DNA from: the human T2T-CHM13v2.0 reference genome, Homo sapiens | Length of the DNA: 64,000 nucleotides | Strand: one strand, 5' to 3' | Assembly: GCF_009914755.1 (NCBI RefSeq) | Contig: NC_060948.1 | Shown here: piece by piece, positions 39,234-53,479 of the stretch | Position numbering within the stretch: the first letter of the stretch is position 1 | Layout of the letters: each line of letters opens with the position of its first letter | Translations under genes and position numbers: made by a program | Notes under the pieces: model-generated | Databases searched by the model: none | What the model saw: the letters and a program-made list of their open reading frames with translations, nothing else | What the model was told of the DNA's origin: nothing

Positions 39234-42200
39234 GGATTGGAAAGGAATAGAATGGAATGGAATGGAATTGACTCAAATGGAATGGACTAGAATGGAATGG
39301 ATTCGAATGGAAGGCAAAGGAATGGAATCTATTGGAATGGCCTGTAATGGAATGGAATGGAAGGGATTGGAATGGACTCGAATGGAATGGACTGCTATAG
39401 AAAGGATTCGAATGGAATGAAAAAGAATTGAATGGAATAGAACAGAATGGAATCAAATCGAATGAAATGGAATGGAATAGAAAGGAATGGAATGAAATGG
39501 AATGGAAAAGATTCGAATGGAATGCAATCGAATGGAATGGAATCGAACGGAATGGAATAAAATGGAAGAAAACTGGCAAGAAATGGAATCGAAATGAATG
39601 GAGTGTTATGGAACGGACTCAAAAGGAATTGAATGTAATAGAATGGAGTGGAGTGGACTCGAATATAATGGACTGGAATGGAATGAAATCACATGGAATG
39701 GGAACGAATGGAATGGAATGGAAAGGAATGGAATCGAATGGAAAGGAATCGAATGGAAGGGAATGAAATTGAATCAACAGGAATGGAAGGGAATAGAATA
39801 GACGGTAATGGAATGGACTCGAATAGAATGGACACGAATGCTCAAATTGAATGGACTCGAATGGAATGGAAACGAAAGGAATGTCATCGAATGGAATTGA
39901 ATCGATTGGAATGAAATCGCATAGAATGGAGTGGAATCAAATGGAATTGAATCGAAAGGAAAGGAAGCGAATGGACTGAAATGAAATGGAATGGAATTGA
40001 ATGGAAAGTAATGCAATGGAATAGAATGGAACGAAATTTCACGGAATGGAATCAAACTGAATGGAATCAAATCAATGGAATCAAATCAAATGGAATGGAA
40101 AGGAATTGAATGGAGTAGATTGGATTGGATGGGATTGGAATGAAATGTACTGGAAAGGACTCGAATTTCATGAAACGGAATGGAATGAATTGGAACGGAA
40201 TGGACTCGAATGGAATGGAATGTCATGGAATGGCATCAAATGGAATGGCATCAAATGGAATGGAATCGAATGCAATGGAATGCTATGGAATGGAATGGAA
40301 TGCATTGGAATGGAATGTCCTCTAATGGAATGGATTCGAGTGGAATGGAATCGAATATAATGGAGTCGAATGAAATGGAATTGAAAGGAATGGGATCGAA
40401 TACAATGGAATATACTGGAATGTAATGTAATGAACTCGAATGTAATTGACTGGAATGGAATGTACATGAATGGAATGTAATCGAATGGAAAGTAATCCAA
40501 TGGAATAGAATCTAATGCAATAAAATCGACTCAGATAGAGTAGAATGTAATGGAATGGAGTGCAGTGCAATGGAATGGAATGGAATGGAATGCAATTGAA
40601 TGGAATGGAATGGAATGGAATGGAATGGAATGGAATGGGATGGAATGGTATGGAATGGATAGTAATGGACTGGAGTGAAATGGACTGGAAAGGAATGGAC
40701 TCAAATTGAAAGGGCTCGAAAGGAATGGAGTCAAATGGAATGGTCTGGAATGGAATGAACACGAATGTAATGCAATCCAATAGAATGGAATCGAATGGCA
40801 TGGAATATAAAGAAATGGAATCGGAGAGAATGGAAACAAATGGAATGGAATTGAATGGAATGGAATTGAATGGAATGGGAACGAATGGAGTGAAATTGTA
40901 TGCAGTAGAAGGGAATAGAATGGAATGCAAGCGAAAGGAAAGGAATGGATTGGAATGGAATGGAATTCATTGGAATGGAAGGGAATGTAGTGTAATGGAC
41001 AGGCCTGGAATAAAGTGGAATGCTACGGTCTCGAATGGAATAAAAATGTATGGAATGGAATGCAATGAAATGGAATCGAATGTCATAGAATGAAATGGAA
41101 TGCAACAAAATGGAATCCAAAATCATTGACTGGAAAGGCTGGGTGTCGGAAGGAATTGACTCCAATGGAATGGAATCGAATGGAATGGAAGTGAATAGAA
41201 TCGAACTAAATCGAATGGAATGGAATTGATAGGAACGGAATGGAAAGGAATGCAATGATTTGGCATGGAATGGAATCGAATGGCATCGAATGGAATGGAA
41301 TGGAATGCAATGGAATGGAATGTATTAGAATGTAATGAACTTTAATGGAATGTACTCGAATGGATTCGACTGGAATGGAATGTTCTGGAAGTGAATGGAC
41401 TCCAATGGAATGGATTCCAAAGGAATGGAATCGTACGGAATGGAATCTAATGGAATGGAATTAAATGGAAATGAATCAAATTGAATAGCACGGAATTGAA
41501 TTGAATGGAATGGAATGCAATGGAATCTAATGAAACGGAAAGGAAAGGAATGGAATGGAATGGAATGGGCTGGAATGGAAAGGAATCGAAACGAATGGAA
41601 TGGAATCGAACTGAAGAGACTGGAATGGAATGCACTGGAATGGAAGGGAGTGTAATGGAAGGTTCTCGAAAAAAATGGAATCGAATGGAATGGAATTGAA
41701 TGGAACGGAATAGAGTCGAATGGAATTGAATGGAATGGAATGGACTAGAGTGAAATGGAATCGAACCACAAGGAATGGACAGGAATAGAATGGTCTCGAA
41801 TTGAATGGAATCGTATGGAATGGCATCAAACGGAATGGAATGGACAGCCACGGAATGGAATGCACTCGAATGCAATGGAGTCGAAACTAATGGACTGGAA
41901 TAGAATGGACTCGACTGGTACGGACTCCAATGGAATGGAATCGAATGGAAGGGAATCGAACGGAATGGACTCGAAGGGAAAAGACTGCAATGGAAAGGTC
42001 TCGAATGGAATGGAAATTAATGGAATGGAATGGAATCGAATGAAATGGAGTCAAAAGGAATGGAATCGAATGGCAAGAAATCGAATGTAATGGAATCGCA
42101 AGGAATTGATGTGAACGGAACGGAATGGAATGGAATCCAAAGGAATGGAATAGAATGGAATGGAATCGAATGGAAAGGACTCGAATGGAAATCACTCGAA

Positions 42201-42802
42201 TAGAATGCAATTTAATAAAATAGGATCAAATGTAATGGAATGGAATGGAAAGGAATCGAAACGAAAGGAATGGAGACAGATGGAATGGAATGGAACAGAG
42301 AGCAATGGTATAGAATGGAATGGAATCATCTGGAATGGAATTGAATGGAATGGAATAATATGAAATGGAATGGAATGGAATGGAATGGAATGGAATGCCC
42401 TTGAATTAAATGGACTGGAATGGAATGGACTCGAACAGAGTGGAATGGAAAGTGTTGAGATAGAATGGAATGGACTCCTTTGGAATGGTGTAGTATGCAA
42501 TGCAATCGACTGGCAGGGAATCAAAAGGAATGTAATGGAATGGACTGGACTGGAATGCAATGGACTCGAATAGATTGGAAACGGAATGCAAAGAAATGGA
42601 ATGGAATAGTATGGAATGGAATGGAAAGGAATGGAGTGGAATAGACTAGAGTGGAATGGAATGGACTGGAAAGCAATGGACTGGAATGGAACTTTCTTGA
42701 ATGGACTGGAATCAAACGGAATGGAATGCAATGCAATCAAATGGCATGGAATAAAATAGAATGAAAGAGAATCAAATGGAATTGAATCGAATGGAATCGA
42801 AT
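39234..42802 (+). repeat. Unit 12 (3569 bp)
   Basis: ORF ends at 39622 and 43191; one extra GGAAT near 42365-42397. Confidence 0.9.
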
Positions 42803-45800
42803 GGATTGGAAAGGAATAGAATGGAATGGAATGGAATGGACTCAAATGGAATGGACTAGAATGGAATGGATTCGAATGGAAGGCAAAGGAATGGAATCTA
42901 TTGGAATGGACTGTAATGGAATGGAATGGAAGGGATTGGAATGGACTCGAATGGAATGGACTGCAATAGAAAGGATTCGAATGGAATGAAAAAGAATTGA
43001 ATGGAATAGAACAGAATGGAATCAAATCGAATGAAATGGAATGGAATAGAAAGGAATGGAATGAAATGGAATGGAAAGGATTCGAATGGAATGCAATCGA
43101 ATGGAATGGAATCGAACGGAATGGAATAAAATGGAAGAAAACTGGCAAGAAATGGAATCGAAATGAATGGAGTGTTATGGAACGGACTCAAAAGGAATTG
43201 AATGTAATAGAATGGAGTGGAGTGGACTCGAATATAATGGACTGGAATGGAATGAAATCACATGGAATGGGAACGAATGGAATGGAATGGAAAGGAATGG
43301 AATCGAATGGAAAGGAATCGAATGGAAGGGAATGAAATTGAATCAACAGGAATGGAAGGGAATAGAATAGACGGTAATGGAATGGACTCGAATAGAATGG
43401 ACACGAATGCTCAAATTGAATGGACTCGAATGGAATGGAAACGAAAGGAATGTCATCGAATGGAATTGAATCGATTGGAATGAAATCGCATAGAATGGAG
43501 TGGAATCAAATGGAATTGAATCGAAAGGAAAGGAAGCGAATGGACTGAAATGAAATGGAATGGAATTGAATGGAAAGTAATGCAATGGAATAGAATGGAA
43601 CGAAATTTCACGGAATGGAATCAAACTGAATGGAATCAAATCAATGGAATCAAATCAAATGGAATGGAAAGGAATTGAATGGAGTAGATTGGATTGGATG
43701 GGATTGGAATGAAATGTACTGGAAAGGACTCGAATTTCATGAAACGGAATGGAATGAATTGGAACGGAATGGACTCGAATGGAATGGAATGTCATGGAAT
43801 GGCATCAAATGGAATGGCATCAAATGGAATAGAATCGAATGCAATGGAATGCTATGGAATGGAATGGAATGCATTGGAATGGAATGTCCTCTAATGGAAT
43901 GGATTCGAGTGGAATGGAATCGAATATAATGGAGTCGAATGAAATGGAATTGAAAGGAATGGGATCGAATACAATGGAATATACTGGAATGTAATGTAAT
44001 GAACTCGAATGTAATTGACTGGAATGGAATGTACATGAATGGAATGTAATCGAATGGAAAGTAATCCAATGGAATAGAATCTAATGCAATAAAATCGACT
44101 CAGATAGAGTAGAATGTAATGGAATGGAGTGCAGTGCAATGGAATGGAATGGAATGGAATGCAATTGAATGGAATGGAATGGAATGGAATGGAATGGAAT
44201 GGAATGGGATGGAATGGTATGGAATGGATAGTAATGGACTGGAGTGAAATGGACTGGAAAGGAATGGACTCAAATTGAAAGGGCTCGAAAGGAATGGAGT
44301 CAAATGGAATGGTCTGGAATGGAATGAACACGAATGTAATGCAATCCAATAGAATGGAATCGAATGGCATGGAATATAAAGAAATGGAATCGGAGAGAAT
44401 GGAAACAAATGGAATGGAATTGAATGGAATGGAATTGAATGGAATGGGAACGAATGGAGTGAAATTGTATGCAGTAGAAGGGAATAGAATGGAATGCAAG
44501 CGAAAGGAAAGGAATGGATTGGAATGGAATGGAATTCATTGGAATGGAAGGGAATGTAGTGTAATGGACAGGCCTGGAATAAAGTGGAATGCTACGGTCT
44601 CGAATGGAATAAAAATGTATGGAATGGAATGCAATGAAATGGAATCGAATGTCATAGAATGTAATGGAATGCAACAAAATGGAATCCAAAATCATTGACT
44701 GGAAAGGCTGGGTGTCGAAAGGAATTGACTCCAATGGAATGGAATCGAATGGAATGGAAGTGAATAGAATCGAACTAAATCGAATGGAATGGAATTGATA
44801 GGAACGGAATGGAAAGGAATGCAATGATTTGGCATGGAATGGAATCGAATGGCATCGAATGGAATGGAATGGAATGCAATGGAATGGAATGTATTAGAAT
44901 GTAATGAACTTTAATGGAATGTACTCGAATGGATTCGACTGGAATGGAATGTTCTGGAAGTGAATGGACTCCAATGGAATGGATTCCAAAGGAATGGAAT
45001 CGTACGGAATGGAATCTAATGGAATGGAATTAAATGGAAATGAATCAAATTGAATAGCACGGAATTGAATTGAATGGAATGGAATGCAATGGAATCTAAT
45101 GAAACGGAAAGGAAAGGAATGGAATGGAATGGAATGGGCTGGAATGGAAAGGAATCGAAACGAATGGAATGGAATCGAACTGAAGAGACTGGAATGGAAT
45201 GCACTGGAATGGAAGGGAGTGTAATGGAAGGTTCTCGAAAAAAATGGAATCGAATGGAATGGAATTGAATGGAACGGAATAGAGTCGAATGGAATTGAAT
45301 GGAATGGAATGGACTAGAGTGATATGGAATCGAACCACAAGGAATGGAGAGGAATAGAATGGTCTCGAATTGAATGGAATCGTATGGAGTGGCATCAAAC
45401 GGAATGGAATGGACAGCCACGGAATGGAATGCACTCGAATGCAATGGAGTCGAAACTAATGGACTGGAATAGAATGGACTCGACTGGTACGGACTCCAAT
45501 GGAATGGAATCGAATGGAAGGGAATCGAACGGAATGGACTCGAAGGGAAAAGACTGCAATGGAAAGGTCTCGAATGGAATGGAAATTAATGGAATGGAAT
45601 GGAATCGAATGAAATGGAGTCAAAAGGAATGGAATCGAATGGCAACAAATCGAATGTAATGGAATCGCAAGGAATTGATGTGAAAGGAACGGAATGGAAT
45701 GGAATCCAAAGGAATGGAATAGAATGGAATGGAATCGAATGGAAAGGACTCGAATGGAAATCACTCGAATAGAATGCAATTTAATAAAATAGGATCAAAT

Positions 45801-46366
45801 GTAATGGAATGGAATGGAAAGGAATCGAAACGAAAGGAATGGAGACAGATGGAATGGAATGGAACAGAGAGCAATGGTATAGAATGGAATGGAATCATCT
45901 GGAATGGAATTGAATGGAATGGAATAATATGAAATGGAATGGAATGGAATGGAATGGAATGCCCTTGAATTAAATGGACTGGAATGGAATGGACTCGAAC
46001 AGAGTGGAATGGAAAGTGTTGAGATAGAATGGAATGGACTCCTTTGGAATGGTGTAGTATGCAATGCAATCGACTGGCAGGGAATCAAAAGGAATGTAAT
46101 GGAATGGACTGGACTGGAATGCAATGGACTCGAATAGATTGGAAACGGAATGCAAAGAAATGGAATGGAATAGTATGGAATGGAATGGAAAGGAATGGAG
46201 TGGAATAGACTAGAGTGGAATGGAATGGACTGGAAAGCAATGGACTGGAATAGAACTTTCTTGAATGGACTGGAATCAAACGGAATGGAATGCAATGCAA
46301 TCAAATGGCATGGAATAAAATAGAATGAAAGAGAATCAAATGGAATTGAATCGAATGGAATCGAAT
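42803..46366 (+). repeat. Unit 13 (3564 bp, canonical DYZ1 length)
   Basis: ORF ends at 43191 and 46755. Confidence 0.9.
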
Positions 46367-49300
46367 GGATTGGAAAGGAATAGAATGGAATGGAATGGAA
46401 TGGACTCAAATGGAATGGACTAGAATGGAATGGATTCGAATGGAAGGCAAAGGAATGGAATCTACTGGAATGGACTGTAATGGAATGGAATGGAAGGGAT
46501 TGGAATGGACTCGAATGGAATGGACTGCAATAGAAAGGATTCGAATGGAATGAAAAAGAATTGAATGGAATAGAACAGAATGGAATCAAATCGAATGAAA
46601 TGGAATGGAATAGAAAGGAATGGAATGAAATGGAATGGAAAGGATTCGAATGGAATGCAATCGAATGGAATGGAATTGAACGGAATGGAATAAAATGGAA
46701 GAAAACTGGCAAGAAATGGAATCGAAATGAATGGAGTGTTATGGAACGGACTCAAAAGGAATTGAATGTAATAGAATGGAGTGGAGTGGACTCGAATATA
46801 ATGGACTGGAATGGAATGAAATCACATGGAATGGGAACGAATGGAATGGAATGGAAAGGAATGGAATCGAATGGAAAGGAATCGAATGGAAGGGAATGAA
46901 ATTGAATCAACAGGAATGGAAGGGAATAGAATAGACGGTAATGGAATGGACTCGAATAGAATGGACACGAATGCTCAAATTAAATGGACTCGAATGGAAT
47001 GGAAACGAAAGGAATGTCATCGAATGGAATTGAATCGATTGGAATGAAATCGCATAGAATGGAGTGGAATCAAATGGAATTGAATCGAAAGGAAAGGAAG
47101 CGAATGGACTGAAATGAAATGGAATGGAATTGAATGGAAAGTAACGCAATGGAATAGAATGGAACGAAATTTCACGGAATGGAATCAAACTGAATGGAAT
47201 CAAATCAATGGAATCAAATCAAATGGAATGGAAAGGAATTGAATGGAGTAGATTGGATTGGATGGGATTGGAATGAAATGTACTGGAAAGGACTCGAATT
47301 TCATGAAACGGAATGGAATGAATTGGAACGGAATGGACTCGAATGGAATGGAATGTCATGGAATGGCATCAAATGGAATGGCATCAAATGGAATGGAATC
47401 GAATGCAATGGAATGCTATGGAATGGAATGGAATGCATTGGAATGGAATGTCCTCTAATGGAATGGATTCGAGTGGAATGGAATCGAATATAATGGAGTC
47501 GAATGAAATGGAATTGAAAGGAATGGGATCGAATAGAATGGAATATACTGGAATGTAATGTAATGAACTCGAATGTAATTGACTGGAATGGAATGTACAT
47601 GAATGGAATGTAATCGAATGGAAAGTAATCCAATGGAATAGAATCTAATGCAATAAAACCGACTCAGATAGAGTAGAATGTAATGGAATGGAGTGCAGTG
47701 CAATGGAAGGGAATGGAATTGAATGCAATGGAATGGAATGGAATGGAATGGAATGGAATGGAATGGAATGGAATGGGATGGAATGGTATGGAATGGATAG
47801 TAATGGACTGGAGTGAAATGGACTGGAAAGGAATGGACTCAAATTGAAAGGGCTCGAAAGGAATGGAGTCAAATGGAATGGTCTGGAATGGAATGAACAC
47901 GAATGTAATGCAATCCAATAGAATGGAATCGAATGGCATGGAATATAAAGAAATGGAATCGAAGAGAATGGAAACAAATGGAATGGAATTGAATGGAATG
48001 GGAACGAATGGAGTGAAATTGTATGCAGTAGAAGGGAATAGAATGGAATGCAAGCGAAAGGAAAGGAATGGATTGGAATGGAATGGAATTCATTGGAATG
48101 GAAGGGAATGTAGTGTAATGGACAGGCCTGGAATAAAGTGGAATGCTACGGTCTCGAATGGAATAAAAATGTATGGAATGGAATGCAATGAAACGGAATC
48201 GAATGTCATAGAATGTAATGGAATGCAAAAAAATGGAATCCAAAATCATTGACTGGAAAGGCTGGGTGTCGAAAGGAATTGACTCCAATGGAATGGAATC
48301 GAATGGAATGGAAGTGAATAGAATCGAACTAAATCGAATGGAATGGAATTGATAGGAACGGAATGGAAAGGAATGCAATGATTTGGCATGGAATGGAATC
48401 GAATGGCATCGAATGGAATGGAATGGAATGCAATGGAATGGAATGTATTAGAATGTAATGAACTTTAATGGAATGTACTCGAATGGATTCGACTGGAATG
48501 GAATGTTCTGGAAGTGAATGGACTCCAATGGAATGGATTCAAAAGGAATGGAATCGTACGGAATGGAATCTAATGGAATGGAATTAAATGGAAATGAATC
48601 AAATTGAATAGCACGGAATTGAATTGAATGGAATGGAATGCAATGGAATCTAATGAAATGGAAAGGAAAGGAATGGAATGGAATGGAATGGACTGGAATG
48701 GAAAGGAATCGAAACGAATGGAATGGAATCGAACTGAAGAGACTGGAATGGAATGCACTGGAATGGAAGGGAGTGTAATGGAAGGTTCTCGAAAAAAATG
48801 GAATCGAATGGAATGGAATTGAATGGAACGGAATAGAGTCGAATGGAATTGAATGGAATGGAATGGACTAGAGTGAAATGGAATCGAACCACAAGGAATG
48901 GACATGAATAGAATGGTCTCGAATTGAATGGAATCGTATGGAATGGCATCAAACGGAATGGAATGGACAGCCACGGAATGGAATGCACTCGAATGCAATG
49001 GAGTCGAAACTAATGGACTGGAATAGAATGGACTCGACTGGTACGGACTCCAATGGAATGGAATCGAATGGAAGGGAATCGAACGGAATGGACTCGAAGG
49101 GAAAAGACTGCAATGGAAAGGTCTCGAATGGAATGGAAATTAATGGAATGGAATGGAATCGAATGAAATGTAGTCAAAAGGAATGGAATCGTATGGCAAG
49201 AAATCGAATGTAATGGAATCACAAGGAATTGATGTGAACGGAACGGAATGGAATGGAATCCAAAGGAATGGAATAGAATGGAATGGAATCGAATGGAAAG

Positions 49301-49920
49301 GACTCGAATGGAAATCACTCGAATAGAATGCAATTTAATAAAATAGGATCAAATGTAATGGAATGGAATGAAAAGGAATCGAAACGAAAGGAATGGAGAC
49401 AGATGGAATGGAATGGAACAGAGAGCAATGGTATAGAATGGAATGGAATCATCTGGAATGGAATTGAATGGAATGGAATAATATGAAATGGAATGGAATG
49501 GAATGGAATGGAATGCCCTTGAATTAAATGGACTGGAATGGAATGGACTCGAACAGAGTGGAATGGAAAGTGTTGAGATAGAATGGAATGGACTCCTTTG
49601 GAATGGTGTAGTATGCAATGCAATCGACTGGCAGGGAATCAAAAGGAATGTAATCGAATGGATTGGACTGGAATGCAATGGACTCGAATAGATTGGAAAC
49701 GGGATGCAAAGGAATGGAATGGAATAGTATGGAATGGAATGGAAAGGAATGGAGTGGAATAGACTAGAGTGGAATGGAATGGACTGGAAAGCAATGGACT
49801 GGAATGGAACTTTCTTGAATGGACTGGAATCAAACGGAATGGAATGCAATGCAATCAAATGGCATGGAATAAAATAGAATGAAAGAGAATCAAATGGAAT
49901 TGAATCGAATGGAATCGAAT
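46367..49920 (+). repeat. Unit 14 (3554 bp)
   Basis: ORF ends at 46755 and 50309; 15-bp deletion near 47980-47995. Confidence 0.9.
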
Positions 49921-52900
49921 GGATTGGAAAGGAATAGAATGGAATGGAATGGAATTGACTCAAATGGAATGGACTAGAATGGAATGGATTCGAATGGAAG
50001 GCAAAGGAATGGAATCTATTGGAATGGCCTGTAATGGAATGGAATGGAAGGGATTGGAATGGACTCGAATGGAATGGACTGCTATAGAAAGGATTCGAAT
50101 GGAATGAAAAAGAATTGAATGGAATAGAACAGAATGGAATCAAATCGAATGAAATGGAATGGAATAGAAAGGAATGGAATGAAATGGAATGGAAAGGATT
50201 CGAATGGAATGCAATCGAATGGAATGGAATCGAACGGAATGGAATAAAATGGAAGAAAACTGGCAAGAAATGGAATCGAAATGAATGGAGTGTTATGGAA
50301 CGGACTCAAAAGGAATTGAATGTAATAGAATGGAGTGGAGTGGACTCGAATATAATGGACTGGAATGGAATGAAATCACATGGAATGGGAACGAATGGAA
50401 TGGAATGGAAAGGAATGGAATCGAATGGAAAGGAATCGAATGGAAGGGAATGAAATTGAATCAACAGGAATGGAAGGGAATAGAATAGACGGTAATGGAA
50501 TGGACTCGAATAGAATGGACACGAATGCTCAAATTGAATGGACTCGAATGGAATGGAAACGAAAGGAATGTCATCGAATGGAATTGAATCGATTGGAATG
50601 AAATCGCACAGAATGGAGTGGAATCAAATGGAATTGAATCGAAAGGAAAGGAAGCGAATGGACTGAAATGAAATGGAATGGAATTGAATGGAAAGTAATG
50701 CAATGGAATAGAATGGAACGAAATTTCACGGAATGGAATCAAACTGAATGGAATCAAATCAATGGAATCAAATCAAATGGAATGGAAAGGAATTGAATGG
50801 AGTAGATTGGATTGGATGGGATTGGAATGAAATGTACTGGAAAGGACTCGAATTTCATGAAACGGAATGGAATGAATTGGAACGGAATGGACTCGAATGG
50901 AATGGAATGTCATGGAATGGCATCAAATGGAATGGCATCAAATGGAATGGAATCGAATGCAATGGAATGCTATGGAATGGAATGGAATGCATTGGAATGG
51001 AATGTCCTCTAATGGAATGGATTCGAGTGGAATGGAATCGAATATAATGGAGTCGAATGAAATGGAATTGAAAGGAATGGGATCGAATACAATGGAATAT
51101 ACTGGAATGTAATGTAATGAACTCGAATGTAATTGACTGGAATGGAATGTACATGAATGGAATGTAATCGAATGGAAAGTAATCCAATGGAATAGAATCT
51201 AATGCAATATAATCGACTCAGATAGAGTAGAATGTAATGGAATGGAGTGCAGTGCAATGGAATGGAATGGAATGGAATGCAATTGAATGGAATGGAATGG
51301 AATGGAATGGAATGGAATGGGATGGAATGGTATGGAATGGATAGTAATGGACTGGAGTGAAATGGACTGGAAAGGAATGGACTCAAATTGAAAGGGCTCG
51401 AAAGGAATGGAGTCAAATGGAATGGTCTGGAATGGAATGAACACGAATGTAATGCAATCCAATAGAATGGAATCGAATGGCATGGAATATAAAGAAATGG
51501 AATCGGAGAGAATGGAAACAAATGGAATGGAATTGAATGGAATGGAATTGAATGGAATGGGAACGAATGGAGTGAAATTGTATGCAGTAGAAGGGAATAG
51601 AATGGAATGCAAGCGAAAGGAAAGGAATGGATTGGAATGGAATGGAATTCATTGGAATGGAAGGGAATGTAGTGTAATGGACAGGCCTGGAATAAAGTGG
51701 AATGCTACGGTCTCGAATGGAATAAAAATGTATGGAATGGAATGCAATGAAACGGAATCGAATGTCATAGAATGTAATGGAATGCAAAAAAATGGAATCC
51801 TAAATCATTGACTGGAAAGGCTGGGTGTCGAAAGGAATTGACTCCAATGGAATGGAATCGAATGGAATGGAAGTGAATAGAATCGAACTAAATCGAATGG
51901 AATGGAATTGATAGGAACGGAATGGAAAGGAATGCAATGATTTGGCATGGAATGGAATCGAATGGCATCGAATGGAATGGAATGGAATGCAATGGAATGG
52001 AATGTATTAGAATGTAATGAACTTTAATGGAATGTACTCGAATGGATTCGACTGGAATGGAATGTTCTGGAAGTGAATGGACTCCAATGGAATGGATTCA
52101 AAAGGAATGGAATCGTACGGAAAGGAATCTAATGGAATGGAATTAAATGGAAATGAATCAAATTGAATAGCACGGAATTGAATTGAATGGAATGGAATGC
52201 AATGGAATCTAATGAAACGGAAAGGAAAGGAATGGAATGGAATGGAATGGGCTGGAATGGAAAGGAATCGAAACGAATGGAATGGAATCGAACTGAAGAG
52301 ACTGGAACGGAATGCACTGGAATGGAAGGGAGTGTAATGGAAGGTTCTCGAAAAAAATGGAATCGAATGGAATGGAATTGAATGGAACGGAATAGAGTCG
52401 AATGGAATTGAATGGAATGGAATGGACTAGAGTGAAATGGAATCGAACCACAAGGAATGGAGAGGAATAGAATGGTCTCGAATTGAATGGAATCGTATGG
52501 AATGGCATCAAACGGAATGGAATGGACAGCCACGGAATGGAATGCACTCGAATGCAATGGAGTCGAAACTAATGGACTGGAATAGAATGGACTCGACTGG
52601 TACGGACTCCAATGGAATGGAATCGAATGGAAGGGAATCGAACGGAATGGACTCGAAGGGAAAAGACTGCAATGGAAAGGTCTCGAATGGAATGGAAATT
52701 AATGGAATGGAATGGAATCGAATGAAATGGAGTCAAAAGGAATGGAATCGAATGGCAAGAAATCGAATGTAATGGAATCACAAGGAATTGATGTGAACGG
52801 AACGGAATGGAATGGAATCCAAAGGAATGGAATAGAATGGAATGGAATCGAATGGAAAGGACTCGAATGGAAATCACTCGAATAGAATGCAATTTAATAA

Positions 52901-53479
52901 AATAGGATCAAATGTAATGGAATGGAATGAAAAGGAATCGAAACGAAAGGAATGGAGACAGATGGAATGGAATGGAACAGAGAGCAATGGTATAGAATGG
53001 AATGGAATCATCTGGAATGGAATTGAATGGAATGGAATAATATGAAATGGAATGGAATGGAATGGAATGGAATGCCCTTGAATTAAATGGACTGGAATGG
53101 AATGGACTCGAACAGAGTGGAATGGAAAGTGTTGAGATAGAATGGAATGGACTCCTTTGGAATGGTGTAGTATGCAATGCAATCGACTGGCAGGGAATCA
53201 AAAGGAATGTAATCGAATGGATTGGACTGGAATGCAATGGACTCGAATAGATTGGAAACGGAATGCAAAGGAATGGAATGGAATAGTATGGAATGGAATG
53301 GAAAGGAATGGAGTGGAATAGACTAGAGTGGAATGGAATGGACTGGAAAGCAATGGACTGGAATGGAACTTTCTTGAATGGACTGGAATCAAACGGAATG
53401 GAATGCAATGCAATCAAATGGCATGGAATAAAATAGAATGAAAGAGAATCAAATGGAATTGAATCGAATGGAATCGAAT
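49921..53479 (+). repeat. Unit 15 (3559 bp)
   Basis: ORF ends at 50309 and 53868. Confidence 0.9.
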
